Translations under genes and position numbers: made by a program
Shown: positions 41,118 to 53,963 of the stretch, in pieces
Layout of the letters: each line of letters starts with the position of its first letter
Position numbering within the stretch: the first letter of the stretch is position 1
Assembly: GCA_965235115.1 (NCBI GenBank)
Contig: OZ249436.1
Location: 42,224,001 to 42,288,000 of the forward strand
DNA length: 64,000 nucleotides
From: Laetmonice hystrix
Lineage: Eukaryota
Direction of reading: 5' to 3'
Notes under the pieces: generated by a model
The model's input: only the letters and a program-made list of their open reading frames with translations
Told to the model about the DNA's origin: nothing
Database searches by the model: none

Positions 41118-43189
41118 TAACACCACGTATCCCGAACACTGTTGTAGGAATGAGGTATAACAGATATGAGATCTATTAATTACCTACACTATTGGTGGAG
41201 AACCCTGATACCTGCTTATGCCTCTTGCAATAGGGAACCTAGGGGTGTGCCTAGAGGCAATACAAGATCAGTTACATTATGCACACTTACTGGAAACTCA
41301 TTACTTGATGGTCCGACTCCGGTCAGTATTATGTCTATTAGTTATAGTAGAGTTATATGTTTAGCCTATACACATGTATACATACAGATTTGTGACAAAG
41401 ATATATTCAAAGGGCATAAATATTGAAATCAATGAGGGTCAATTATGTTATAGACATCTACTGGCCGAGGGTAGAATGTGGCGGCCTGCTGAAGTTTAAC
41501 AGCTGTATTCAAGGTGCACGTAGATTCAAATGCACATTTCATAGGTTTCTTGAGGTTTCACGGGTTTTTCTATCCGGCTTTTCATAAAATAAGTCAGAAC
41601 GGTAGAAATCCACTCGGAATTATTAACCTAAATTTTCCTTGATCACCCAATGTTTCTGCTCTCATACTAATGCAATCAATGCAGCATTTATCATGGTGAC
41701 TGCAAGACTGGGCGGGATGAAAAATAATAATCATGAATACATTTGTTATCAATTTTTATAATGAAACCGCTATACAGACCACTATAATGTGCTACGGCCA
41801 GCGAGGCATTCTTCCACAACACAATACCAGAACGGGCGAGGCAAACCGTCGGCCCAGTGCTTACAACCACGGTCCCACCTGGTAAAAACACCCTTGTAGA
41901 AAATTACATGGCAATGTGGGCCATAACTTACGCCACTCCTTGTGCTTAGACCTCAATGGCAATGTTTTCAAAACAAAAACCTGAATAACGTCGTCAGTTA
42001 GGACGGAGTAGATCGAGAGCGACCTTTAATCAAAAACTTGGGTCAGAGAGATTGTCGGCAGTGACAAGACCCTGCCTGCCTGGTCTGGCTGTTCTAGGAA
42101 GATAGCTCTCTACTGGCCTGGTGGTCTGCAAGATGATCTACGGTCAAAGGCAATGATTAATGTTGCGGCAGTACCAGGCCTGGTCTATGTGGAGCCCAAT
42201 GTCCTTTGGCCGCCTGGGCTCAGAGGGTATCCACTACGATTATGGCTGACCGGCAGTTGTTTTCTCTTTCACCAGACTGGTTGACTGGCTGATTGCCTGA
42301 TTAATTTACAAATACTACAATATTGCATAATGGAACTTCTTCAGATGCCAAATCACCAAAATAAAAGCAATATAAAGCCATCTCCCTTCACTTTAGATTG
42401 CACATAATATGTGTTCAATCATATATTATGTAGACAGTCTTGTAGGCCGGGGCCTATGTTGCACTTCATTCCTGGTGAACCGACAGTTTTCCTGAGTATC
42501 GAAGTCAATGCTGGTGGTGTGAACAGGGTTCCTTACGATCCAGGAGAAATCTTCCAGTGACGGGTCTGGTTAACATTGATTTCCTTTCAGACGACTAGAG
42601 ATCGACCTTTTCGTTACACACCGCATTCCTTTTAGAACTGGTTGAAGGGCGTCACGAAGAGAATGTGGGTCACATAATAATGTTCATGCTGGAGGATCGG
42701 ATAGGAATTCTCAATGATGGCAACAATAACGACATCCAATTGAGAATCCTGACAGCCATAATATAAGAGCAATGAATGGAACTGTCAGGCCGCACGCACA
42801 TATAACGAGAGAAGTAATGGCTCCGATAATAATATCAACTTTACTATTATTACATCAGTAATTTGATTCGTATGTAATCAAAACATAGAGTGAAGCTTCC
42901 TTACCGTTATTTTATTTAAAACTAAATTGAAAATCTTAATCTCAATCACTGGCTATCAGCATTCCTCAGCATGATCATGTGCCTACTCGCCGAGGTGCGC
43001 CATGCATTCGATATTCAAAATGTTTTCCTCAAATATAAGTTTGGCTGCACTTGTCCAGGTATTTCTATCTTGGATTTCTGTGCTCAGATGTTGTTACGAA
43101 ATCACTGAATGCGACTCTCGGACTTGCACAGTCGGATATCAAAGAGCTATGTTAAATGGTCGCTGAGCAAAGAGGTCTTTGCGGCGACG

Positions 43190-43288
43190 GGTGTTTCACT
43201 AACCATCTATTCTTTAACATTGGCCCCGCAAAGACGTCTTTCCAAAGACGTCTTTGCTAAATACGTCTTTCGTTAGTGAAACGCACCT
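43190..43288. mobile_element. MITE fragment with AAAGACGTCTTT palindromes, related to 44773-44941
   Basis: GGGTGTTTCACTAAC ... GTTAGTGAAACGCACC inverted pair and repeated AAAGACGTCTTT. Confidence 0.45.
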
Positions 43289-44517
43289 TTCTTCTGTACA
43301 ATCTGGTACTGCAAAATTAATGTATATCATATATGCTCTATTTCCAACAAGGATGCCAATCTATATCATCAATACATCAGTTTTATATTTATGATCTAAA
43401 GATCAATCATCGCGAATTCCACTGAAGAAACTAGATTTAGTACAATAGATCTATATAAATATCAGTTCTTGTATGCGACCCAAATATTCTGAATATCTAC
43501 ATAAGAATTTATGAGTAAGCCTCTGCTGGCATGAAATCATAACCAAATGAAACACCAAGTTTATTTCAAAGTCTAAAAATACCACAAATTCCCGTATGTA
43601 CTATTTACTCAGAGATTCTAAAATGGTACTAATACAGGTTTATGGCCACTTGATTATCAAATTAATCACATCGATAAAGGGCGGTAATTTCTGGTGAATC
43701 TCTCTCAAATCCAGGAAGGCGGGTATGTAACTACATGTATTTCACAGATCCAGAATAACCTGGGGAATACTATCGAGCTCCTCATAAAGCTCGTCTATGT
43801 AGAAGAATACATGTACATGTAGGTATTTGAGTCCCATAACATTATGACATTCACCTGATGAACCAGCACATTATTGTCGGGTCATGGGTCATGTCTGGCC
43901 AGGTGTATCCCTTCAATGACACTTCCAATTTTAGGCTGCTAACTTGACAATACTCAATATGGGTTCAAGGAATGCAGTCACCTGAAAGACAGTGGACGAA
44001 CGGAGGCTGTATACGTGACCTACCTGACCCAGGTGTGCGACCGTCTCATGCTGTCATACCACTCCACATACTCATCAATCAGCCCTGCAAAAACACAACA
44101 CTGAAATTACTGGCAAATAACAGGATTCGATAGCGCCTATCATATTCCTCCAGTTCAGGCAATCCTTCAATGCTTAATGAAGATCTAGTTTTATTTGACT
44201 ATTTTGAGCTTCTGTAATTATTAATCTTGTCAGCCTCTTCTTTAGAGTTTGACCATATCGAGACTTACGAGTAACCAAGACCATACACCGAAAGAAATGG
44301 GACGCACAAATTACAAAATGTTTGATACAAGGCAACTCGCCACAACCAAACAATAACGGTTCCGTATTGTATAGCCGAGTTTTCCAAATTTAGGCGTGTT
44401 TAAATTGATGAAAGCAGATGAGGACTGTGTGCTGCCATGGTCTTTCCCCAAGATCTGGTGTAATTTGGAGTAATTCAAGAAACCTTCATAACAGTAACAT
44501 TAGAACCATTCCCCCTG

Positions 44518-44637
44518 GGCCCGGTTTTTTGGTTTACTTTTCCACCGGATGAGCTGAGCTGAGCAAGGGTGAGCATGGGCTCATGCTCACCCTTGCTCAC
44601 GAACCAAATTTGCTCAAGTAAACCAAAAAACCGGGCC
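44518..44637. mobile_element. Palindromic MITE with CTG TSD (Harbinger-like)
   Basis: TIRs GGCCCGGTTTTTTGGTTTACTT / AAGTAAACCAAAAAACCGGGCC with CTG on both sides. Internal palindrome TGAGCAAGGGTGAGCATG..CATGCTCACCCTTGCTCA. Confidence 0.75.
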
Positions 44638-44772
44638 CTGAAATTCTTCTTGAAATATTCCTCGCACCGTTTAAAGTCCTTATCACATCACTGAACATTA
44701 CTTCATCCACTTGAAAAAAAGATAGCTTCAATAAGTAATTAAATCGTCAAAACTCATATGAAAACAGGAGCT

Positions 44773-44941
44773 GGGTGCGTTTCTGGAAGGAAAGATGTCT
44801 TTGCGCAGAATCTTTCAAAAGAGTCTTTTCGAAACCAGTGTTCAAGAATAGAGTGTTATAGAAACACCACGTCGCCGCAAAGACTCTTTGGGTTCAGCGA
44901 GGGTCTCAAAGAGTCTTTTGGGCTTTATAGAAACGGACCCC
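44773..44941. mobile_element. Degenerate Harbinger-like MITE
   Basis: GGGTGCGTTTCT ... AGAAACGGACCC ends with internal AAAGA(G/C)TCTTT palindromes. Confidence 0.5.
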
Positions 44942-44993
44942 AGGAGTACTGTCTAAACAAACGGACACCGGGCGTGAACACTTGCGTCCTTAA

Positions 44994-45450
44994 CGGTTCT
45001 CCACCGTTTCTCTGTCCTTGCCGTTCTCCACCGTTTCTCTGTCCTTGCCGTTCTCCACCGTTTCTCTGTCCTTGCCGTTCTCCACCGTTTCTCTCTCCTT
45101 GTCGTTCTCCACCGTTTCTCTGTCCTTGCCGTTCTCCACCGTTTCTCTGTCCTTGCCGTTCTCCACCGTTTCTCTGTCCTTGCCGTTCTCCACCGTTTCT
45201 CTGTCCTTGCAGTTCTCCACCGTTTCTCTGTCCCTGCCGTTCTCCACCGTTTCTCTGTCCTTGCAGTTCTCCACCGTTTCTCTGTCCTTGCAGTTCTCCA
45301 CCGTTTCTCTCTCCCTGCCGTTCTCCACCGTTTCTCTGTCCTTGTAGTTCTCCACCGTTTCTCTGTCCTTGCCGTTCTCCACCGTTTCTCTCTCCCTGCC
45401 GTTCTCCACCGTTTCTCTGTCCTTGCAGTTCTCCACCGTTTCTCTGTCCC
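44994..45450. repeat. 27-bp minisatellite, ~17 copies (CCGTTCTCCACCGTTTCTCTGTCCTTG)
   Basis: Seen directly. It generates the 317-aa, 148-aa and 109-aa repetitive ORFs. Confidence 0.97.
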
Positions 45451-46392
45451 TATTTGCCTTTGATTGCTTTGGTACTTCAGGATTTACGGAGATTTATGGG
45501 TAATACCTTTAAGGTACCGGGGGCAATTCGCTTCGCAAAGAGCCTAGATAAGCCTAGCTTTTGCACCTGCAGAGCATCAGCAGCTACAATTAGCCCACTG
45601 CCTCCTTACCGAGAAATAGGGCAATCGGTTGTGGAAGAATATAGCAGTCCTATAACTATGGCCAATCAACTTTTATATATTTATGGTATGAGCATTTATA
45701 GTGCCGCGTAACTCTGAGAAGGAGGGTCGCAACCAGAAACTTGCCTGGTATCTCATCTTTTAAATCTCACCTAATCTACCAGGCTGACTACAGCTCCTAC
45801 TTATAAAATCTCCCAAATATATTTTTGTTTTTCTGGAACTCTTGTGTCGACATGGACAAAAGCGAGAACATAATTAAAGTGGTAATGTCATAATGGAACA
45901 GGACTAGGACGACAGTGTCTGTCTCTGTATTCTATTAATTTGGGCTATCCACAACTACGAGATATTGACTGGATACACCCAACACATACCAACATCTGCC
46001 ATCATCAACACGGAAAATTGTTCGGGGCTCTATCTGCTGCATGCAAAGTATACGTTTAGCTGGTGGCTATAGCCTGCCATTTACAACCACAAATCATGGC
46101 CATGGTACATGACTATCACATGAGACCTTTTAGACGAGGAAACCAGGCTCGGACAGGTGGGGCGTCTATGGTCTCCGTAGATTACCCCCATTCAAACCTA
46201 ATTTATGGGTTAATAATAAAGATAATATATTTCCTGCCGTGTCCGAAACTCATCCTATACTGTCAGTTATACCAGAGACACCAGAGATCCGCATCGAGAT
46301 TCCATAATTAAGAGACATAATAAATTGCATTTTAATCCTGGATTACATGTGTTTTCTCCTGTGATTTTTTTCGATTTGGTTCCATAGAATTA

Positions 46393-46593
46393 CTGAAAAG
46401 TAAAAGCACATCGTAAAAGAAAATTCATACAGACCGATTTACGGCCGATTTTGAGTCACGGCCGATTTTTCTCCATAGTTTTCCTACGGGGAAAAATCGG
46501 CAGTATCTCAAAGTCGGCCGTAAATCGGTACGTCTGTATGTCTGGGCTTTTATTATATTGAATTTTCTTTTACAGTGTGCTTACACTTTTCAG
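46393..46593. repeat. ~200-bp imperfect palindrome (MITE-derived)
   Basis: Core CATACAGAC..CGATTTACGGCCGA / TCGGCCGTAAATCGG..GTCTGTATG, plus outer arms CTGAAAAGT..AAGCACA..GTAAAAGAAAATTCA and their reverse complement. Confidence 0.75.
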
Positions 46594-47207
46594 AGTTGGG
46601 CTGAAGATCGGCTCCGTGTGACCCACTCATTACTGGGCCTTTAGACAGTGGAGATGCAAACGATCATGTTTAAAATACTTTACAACTTGTTGCACATGTG
46701 TTTACAGGAATGCAGCTCTATTACCACACTGGTAGAAAACGTGTCGGATTATTTCAACCCTACTGCTGGTATGTGACAAAAGGTCTGTTAAGTCATCCAA
46801 CATCTGTGTTACACATGCCGTCCTCACATGTCGGAGCAAGGTGCAACCAGGCAAAATTGTAAGATAAAAGTCGCATCGCAAACCCTGGAGTGCTTCAGAC
46901 AAACTCAGCAACCACGATCGGGAATGAACGAGCAAGCGATTCGATGGCAACTCAGCTCTCAAAGGTAATAAATTAGGTTAGGTGTCACACCTAGATGCAC
47001 ACTATCAGAAAGTAAATGCCAGGAAACCTGGGGGTTGTATCCTTAAGCTTTTGTTTACCGCTGATCGGCCTTTTATCTTATCTTATAAGTCACTCTAATA
47101 AATTTTAAATAATAATATGTTCTAGTCTCTTCGATTCCCATCTTACATTTCTGATCTTACACCGTGTCCGATGCTCTGCCCTGAGAGCGTAGCACCCAAA
47201 TAATTAT

Positions 47208-47410
47208 GGGTGGGTGTTTGGGGGTTTACGCCTTACAACAGCCAGGATCATATCACGGCGGTGAAGATGATGATAAAAGTCAGGTTTTCTTGGTGGAGGA
47301 AACCGGAACACCCGGAGGAAACCACCGGCCTTCGGGAAGGAACAGAGGAACTGCGTCCTAGGTGTTATGAACACCTTAGACCACTCGGCCACCCGAGGTC
47401 CCCCACCCAC
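47208..47410 (-). mobile_element. tRNA-derived SINE with 13-bp TSD
   Basis: Minus strand has the A box GGTGGCCGAGTGGTCTAAG and a central GGTTTCCTCCGGGTGTTCCGGTTTCCTCC domain common in animal SINEs. Flanked by CCCAAATAATTAT at 47195-207 and 47411-423. Confidence 0.85.
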
Positions 47411-47758
47411 CCCAAATAATTATCAGTGAGGGTTCCATGCCATCGAACGATAGGTTCCTGATATATGACCATGTGGCAACATGTTGTGGCTGTCAGATGG
47501 AGTTGTCCAGATTTGTGGCAAAATATCCATGAAGCGTTTGTTTCATTTGGTTTTCCTCTATTTCAGCACCAGTGACCTGCGGGTTCAGGAGGTTAGGGCA
47601 AGAATAGTCCTTTTCACCACGCTGTCAGCCAAACGCTCAGTCAGTACAACCAAATCGAACGCCGTTAAAAAATTGAATTAAAGTTATAACTTGAAATACA
47701 TTGACTCTTTAACCTCCCCTTCCCCGCAATCAAGAAGCCCTCTGAGTATCACCCGTGG

Positions 47759-47923
47759 TGGTAACTTGAACCCGCGAAATTTGGTCGGAAGTAAAGATCC
47801 ATAGCCCTGACCTTATCCCTAACCCCTAACCTCGATCCCTTCACCTCCCAAAAGCATATCCCTATCCCTATCCATGGCCTTAACTCGAACCCCAACCCAA
47901 CAAAATGTGTCTGGAAGTTACCA
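47759..47923. mobile_element. Short element with degenerate (CCCTAA)n-like interior, possibly Helentron-associated
   Basis: TGGTAACTT ... AAGTTACCA inverted ends, with CCCTAACCCCTAACC and CCCTATCCCTATCC tracts inside. Confidence 0.4.
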
Positions 47924-48726
47924 TGGGGGAACCCCCATTTCTGTCATGCTGTTTGTGCAATAGCCATCAGAATTCTCCGTAAAAAACATTCATCAAGCTT
48001 GCCAAAGTAGCAAAATCCACAAATTCAAACATTGGAAGAGTTAGGGCTATATATAGGAATAAGTTCCTCGAGATCTCGGAAACATGGAGCTTCCACCAAG
48101 TCTTTTACTAATAAACACCGATAAGCAGCCCTCACATCCTCAACAATCAAGTTCAAAGGTCAAACAGTACTTGATTCCAATGCCACCCAAATGCCAATTG
48201 CCCCTCTCAAGAGCGCTGCCCTGCATTTCAAGTTTGTCAACACCACCTGTTAAATTTTATTCAAAAGCAGGTGGTGTGTTTGTCTGTAACACATAATCCT
48301 TACGGTTGGCTTTGATACTTGAAGAACGCGTTATTACTTGAGAATCAGTACTACTTAATCCGATAACTCGGTGTAGCTGAAGATGTGGTTAAAAACCCAT
48401 AGAAGTAGGTCAGAACATCAAAGTGAATGAAACATAATTAGATTAGCCTCCTTTGAAATAATAATTTCTCTCAGAAAAAACGTTTTATGGAGGTTATTCC
48501 AATTAATGGATGAAATGGCAGCATCAAAGATAATCAAACTGCCATGAAATGTCAATCAGTTTTTTATGATAAATACGATCTTCTATATCTGATCTGACCC
48601 AGATACTTGGAGAGGTACATGATTAGGAAATACTGGGGGATCCAGGGGGGGGGGGGGGTCCAAGGGGCCCGGCCTGAAGAGCACATTCAAAATTATATTG
48701 GACATGACCTCAGATGCTTATCGTTT

Positions 48727-48859
48727 GACTATTGTCTGTAACTAGCCAGTAGAGTAGTTGGACTGTTGTCTGTAACTAGCCAGTAGAGTAGTTGGACTGT
48801 TGTCTGTAACTAGCCAATAGAGTAGTTGGACTGTTGTCTGTAACTAGCCAATAGAGTAG
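48727..48859. repeat. 34-bp tandem repeat x4 (GACTGTTGTCTGTAACTAGCCAGTAGAGTAGTTG)
   Basis: Seen directly. Confidence 0.95.
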
Positions 48860-50318
48860 CCTCAGTTACGCAAAAGTAAGATAGAGATAATTTTAAAATT
48901 TTGATACATATTGTGTAGCACTTGGGGTGTCCTTCATCGGTCAAGGTCTAAAATAGTTCATATACAGAGGTAAAAAAAAGATTTATGGATTAATGAAAAT
49001 TATTTCTCTCCATAAAGGTTCGCAGCATCGCTTCCCTCTGATCTTATATAACAATGAACCCCCACTGATACAAGAAAAAAAGTTTTCTGTGAATTCCATA
49101 TATAAACCTGGGATGGGCATTGGCAAAAATATGATGGAAGTTGCCGTGACAGGCGACGTGTTTGCACCAGCTATGTGATGACTATTAGATCTCATAAACC
49201 GTTCACACGATCCAATATCGGCTGACAATCTGTCAGTGGGCAATGCCAGCCAGCAGGAGACCGCTGGGGCAAGGCTGTTAGCCAGGCGGCCTGGTGAAAT
49301 CATGCAACAATGGGACAGCCTGCACAACACCTGCTACATGTCTCTCTGTCACACCCTGAACCTTCCAATCGTTTTTATGTCAGGCAGATCAAAGTTGTCG
49401 CAAACGAACATCACCTGGCAAAATATATAACTTATTTTAATTTTTGTTAGCTCTAGTAAAGAAGTTACGATCTAAAATAGAATGAAGAGAGTCATGAGAG
49501 TTAGCCTGTATGGAACAGAATGCCCTGAAATGATGATATTTTGTACTCTATGAGAGCAATAAATATTGTATATGTGAAGGACATATTGGCCATGAATGTC
49601 AGGCAGACATGCGAAGACAAACCTTCCAATACTCGGCTATTTTCAATGAACGAATCTCAAATTAAAACTTCACGCAGTCTATAAAATGTTTCATTGAACT
49701 TCCCGCTGGCAGATTTAGGTCGGGCGCACGCGACGTCGATCCCTCCCCATTTTTTGCTGCAAAATGACCTAAGAAGGACCTTTTTACTAACCCATTTTAA
49801 CGTTACCCTAAGCCGAAAAAGTTGGCGCCCCGCTCCTGCTTTCCACTGCAAATGTCCATGAGCTGGGCATAAACTAAACAGCAAGGATAAATCATCTACA
49901 CACAATTTAGATAAGTTACCGTCAAGAAGATTCTTTGCATGTTTTGTTACAATGATCTAATATCGATGATGATAACTTCTGAATCCGCTGGTCCTATTCT
50001 ACACAAAGAAAGTAAAGGTAAGACTGACCTACACGCCAGGTACTTTGAATACGTTCTTTTCATTACTCCAAACGGCAGTTCACTGTGGCAAAAACGGCTG
50101 TTGAGACGCACGCACTGCACGTTTCAGCATATAAAACCAGGTGCACTTGATTGCTGCGCAGACATTAATCATGCAGGCCAAAACTCTTATTGGCCACCAA
50201 AATTTGACATAAAAAATGTATTAGTAGCGGACAAACTAACGCCATTGAGAGCGACAAGCTGGCAGGTTGCCGCCACCAAATCCTGGTTCCATCAAATCTC
50301 AGACACAATTAAAGCTGC

Positions 50319-50648
50319 AGGTGAAATTCCTCAAAAAGTTAGCTTTAATACCCTCAGCAACACCCTGTTAAAATTTCATGTTTAAACGATGAGTGAAAGT
50401 GAAGAAAAAAAGTTACAACTGGCCGTCCCATTACTGCTCGAACCGTATAGGCTATCTGCGATGTCAGGCTCGTAGGGGATTCTCCTACATCCAACTAATG
50501 CATGCAGTCCTTACGAACCTTTTGGTCACAGACAGCGTTCGGTCCGAATGGTAACGGGACGGTAAATAGTCAATTCATTTCTCTATACTTTCACATCATT
50601 CAAACCTGAAATTCTAACATGGTGCTGAGGGTAAAAGGAATTTCACCT
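50319..50648. repeat. Old ~330-bp imperfect palindrome
   Basis: AGGTGAAATTCCT..TACCCTCAGCA..TGTTAAAATTTCATGTTT..GTGAAAGT..CCGTCCCATTAC is mirrored, with divergence, by the reverse complement of 50550-50648. Confidence 0.7.
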
Positions 50649-51089
50649 AACGCTTTAAGTTCTCATGCAGGTTCCCCGTTCCATAAGCTGAAATGAAGGA
50701 TTTCCAAGAATCTGTTCATTGCTATCGAGCAGCACGGGGGGTTATTACTTAATAATGACTCCCCCATAATTTCCACAAATTGCTATCAGACATCCGACAC
50801 ACATGTTCTCTTCTTCTTGGCCAAGGAGACTCTGCCTTGGTGTCGCCTTCTTCAACCGCAGACTAGGGTACCATAGTATCATGCGGAGCGCATATTGGGG
50901 CTAGCTATACGTAGGCAGTTGGGCTAGCTATAGGCCATGTCCTGCAGAGGGCGCAATGAGTACTATTATGTCAGTCTCAACCCTGAAGAAGGACTTCTCA
51001 CAACATGCGCCTCACATGATGCACGTACGTGTAATTATAATGCCAAAGAATGGCAGTGCATTCTTCACGGGACAAAAAACAGTTTACAC

Positions 51090-52285
51090 TTACTCTATCT
51101 CTCAGGTTACATATAGTTCTCTTATTTGCTCGCAGATTTGCACTATATGTCCTTCATCTGTACACCTAATCTTCCAAGCATCACAGATCTTATTAATGTT
51201 CATGTCAAATTTCGCGTCCATATGTCTTTTGTTACCACCAACGATGGAATAGCTTTCATCCATGCCCATATTCGCAATTGTTTTAACTACCATGTTCTTG
51301 GATTTACATGCCATTTTAATAAATTTTACACATCTGATTGATAAGCACAGTTCAATATCCATGCATCTTGATATATGCGGCAACATGTTACAGTGGGTTA
51401 GCCGCGAGATACGCCACACCCTACGCATGGCCACCCTCCATGCAGTATATATAGGTCCTGCATACAATTATTAAACATGGGAAGGACTTGGCTACCATAG
51501 AAAGCTGTAACTGTATTTATGAAACAGCACGTTTCTGATATTCGAGTTTGCATATTTAAAGTCTGCTAGAAATAAATTACATTGCCTATTAAAATTATCA
51601 ATACACTTGTCAGCACCGAAGTGATATATATCCTCATAATATATGACCCATGCAGGTATATAACCTTATTCTTCCTGGGGACTCTGGTATTATTAACGGA
51701 AATTCCAGGGTCAGGAGGCCTCGTTCTACTACACTTGTAGACAATATCTTCACTTTTCTTACATAGAATTGGGGCCAAAAGCTTAATGTCATCGGCATAT
51801 CCGAATACCCCTGCATAGACACTGCCCATGTGACAACGAACTCCACTTTTGATCCATTTATTAAATAGACCGTCCATCTAGACACAGAACAAAATCGGTG
51901 AAATCACCCCGCCTTGCTTCGCCCCCATTTGACACGTTGAAGTATGGAGAATGAGTAGATTCCCATCTGACTCTCAACTTTTGATTCAAATACATGTTTA
52001 GTAATACCTAACACTCTGGAGTACAATGGTCATATCTTCTTGTTCAGTAGGGTTCGGAATAATTTACAATAATTGACGCGATCAAACGCTTTGCTCGCGT
52101 CGAGCATTAATCCATGAACATTTGAGTTATTATATATATATGCTATTGTCTTTTGAATCATGGTCGTACAGAGACTGGTTGAGGTGCCAGCCTTAAACCC
52201 AAATTGTAGGTCATTAGTGCAAAATTTATCTTCTTCTTTCGATAGAATGATTACATCAAACAATTTACACAAAATGTGTATCGGC
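51090..52285 (-). pseudogene. 5'-truncated, decayed LINE (L2/CR1-group) reverse transcriptase
   Basis: RT motifs across several frames: LQFGFKAGTST, LMLDASKAFDRVNY, KQGGVISPILF, GYADDIKLLAP, then C-terminal AWRVAMRRVWRI..THC. Multiple stops and frameshifts. Confidence 0.92.
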
Positions 52286-53805
52286 TCTATCAGGTCTGAG
52301 ATATGAACGTTCATATTATCATTCCTGAACGAGGCCCAATCAATGCACTTCTACCTGTGCTCATGTTACGCTAGAAATAGACACGCAACATCGGCCTTGC
52401 CTCCATCCAGCGTTTTCCCCATGTACGGCGGATCATGGCAAGTTTCCAGGGTTCCATCAACACTCCTCTCTGTTGACTTACTAGGTCACGGATGACCATC
52501 CCACTGATCGACCTTTTGATCCCAATAAAAAGGGGGATCAACTACCAGATAGACCTTTAAACCTGGAGAGCGGCAACGTCAGCATCCACACGAACTGGGT
52601 CTGTTTGGCACCAATGTTGTTAGTCAGTTTCCAGGGACAACTTGGGCCAGGATCTATGAAAGAGATATTACTCATCGATTTTCTAGCCTTCAGCCATAGG
52701 TATGCGGCTACCCTTTGATCTCAACAAAATTTCGCCGACTTTTCAAGAAAGCCAGTCCCAGGATTGGATATTTTGGGGATCGGATGGTTCACACCGTTGG
52801 CATTCAAAAAGTAACAACATAAACGCCTTAAACTTCTTAGATTATCGCATAGGGGGCGTGTCCAATAAATCCCACAACAAAAAGACCCTGAAGACCGTAC
52901 ATAAACCGAGCAAACGGAACAGCGACGCCTCCTAAAGATTGCTGTTTCGAGACATCTAGAACTCTATAGATTGGAAAATGGAAATGTACTGCAGTAGGCC
53001 TAGCATTTCTTCCCTTTTCCCCCATAAAGCTGTCTAAATTAACCGTGTTGGACCACCACCCCCCCCCCCTTTGCCGGATTCCCCCCATGAACCCCCGCCC
53101 CTAAATTACTGGATCCGCCCCTGTTCTGTGAATTGACATTCATTGATTGTTAATGAAGACAGCCTCAAATACTACGCTTATTCTCTTTCCTTTCCACATT
53201 TCTAATCAATCATCTTACATCCTGTCCTGGGGGCACATACATGTAGGCCTACCGAAATTCATATCAAATTTAGGCTACAGTTCATGTAGACGGAAAGTAT
53301 AGACGGGTCCCCGGATGTGTTCAGACCCAGGCCCGCATGCAGGCTGGTTTGAAAAGGGATGGGGGGGGGGGGTGTTAAATAATTAGGGGTGCATGCAGAA
53401 GTCTAGGTACGGGGTCCGGGGGCCAGGGATGTTTTCCTAATTTGTGAACTAGGGATGCCACAGACAAGCAGGAAAAAAAAGCTGACTGCAAAACATTTGG
53501 ATCAAAACTTGTCAGAGTCCAGTGGGGGGATCCAAGAGGGAAGTTGGGTGACGTCGTCTCCCCCCCCCCCCCTCAAGTTTCTTAAAGTTCCATTTTTACA
53601 ATCAGAAGTGCCCTTCGGACCGCCCCCTGAATATAGCTCGATTTGCCCTTTTTGCCTATAGTAGGCCATATAATATACTTACTCGTAGTCTGATCTGCCT
53701 CTGCCCTGGTAAATTAGGCATATAGGCCCTAATTATAAAGCAGATTGAAGCATAACAGATTGTTCGTCGTTTAGGTCATAGTCATGCCTATACACCAAGA
53801 CCTAT

Positions 53806-53963
53806 CACGGGCGGATCCGGGGGGGGGGGGCAGTGGGCTGGGGGGGGGGGGGCTGGAAGAACGCTGAAAGCCTAATTTCCTGGGAAATACGAAGGGGGTT
53901 CTCCATAATATTATTGTCGGGGGGCACGTGCCCCCAAATTACCCCCCGTTGGATCCACCACTG
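53806..53963. mobile_element. Short poly-G MITE with 5-bp TSD
   Basis: CACGGGCGGATCC ... GGATCCACCACTG flanked by CCTAT (53801-05 and 53964-68). Confidence 0.7.

Noticed and set aside
44758..45711. 317-aa Cys/Pro-rich ORF, plus antisense (ENGKDRETV)n ORF
   Set aside because: The length comes from a stop-free 27-bp minisatellite, and the N-terminus runs through a MITE. Open frames on both strands indicate an artefact.
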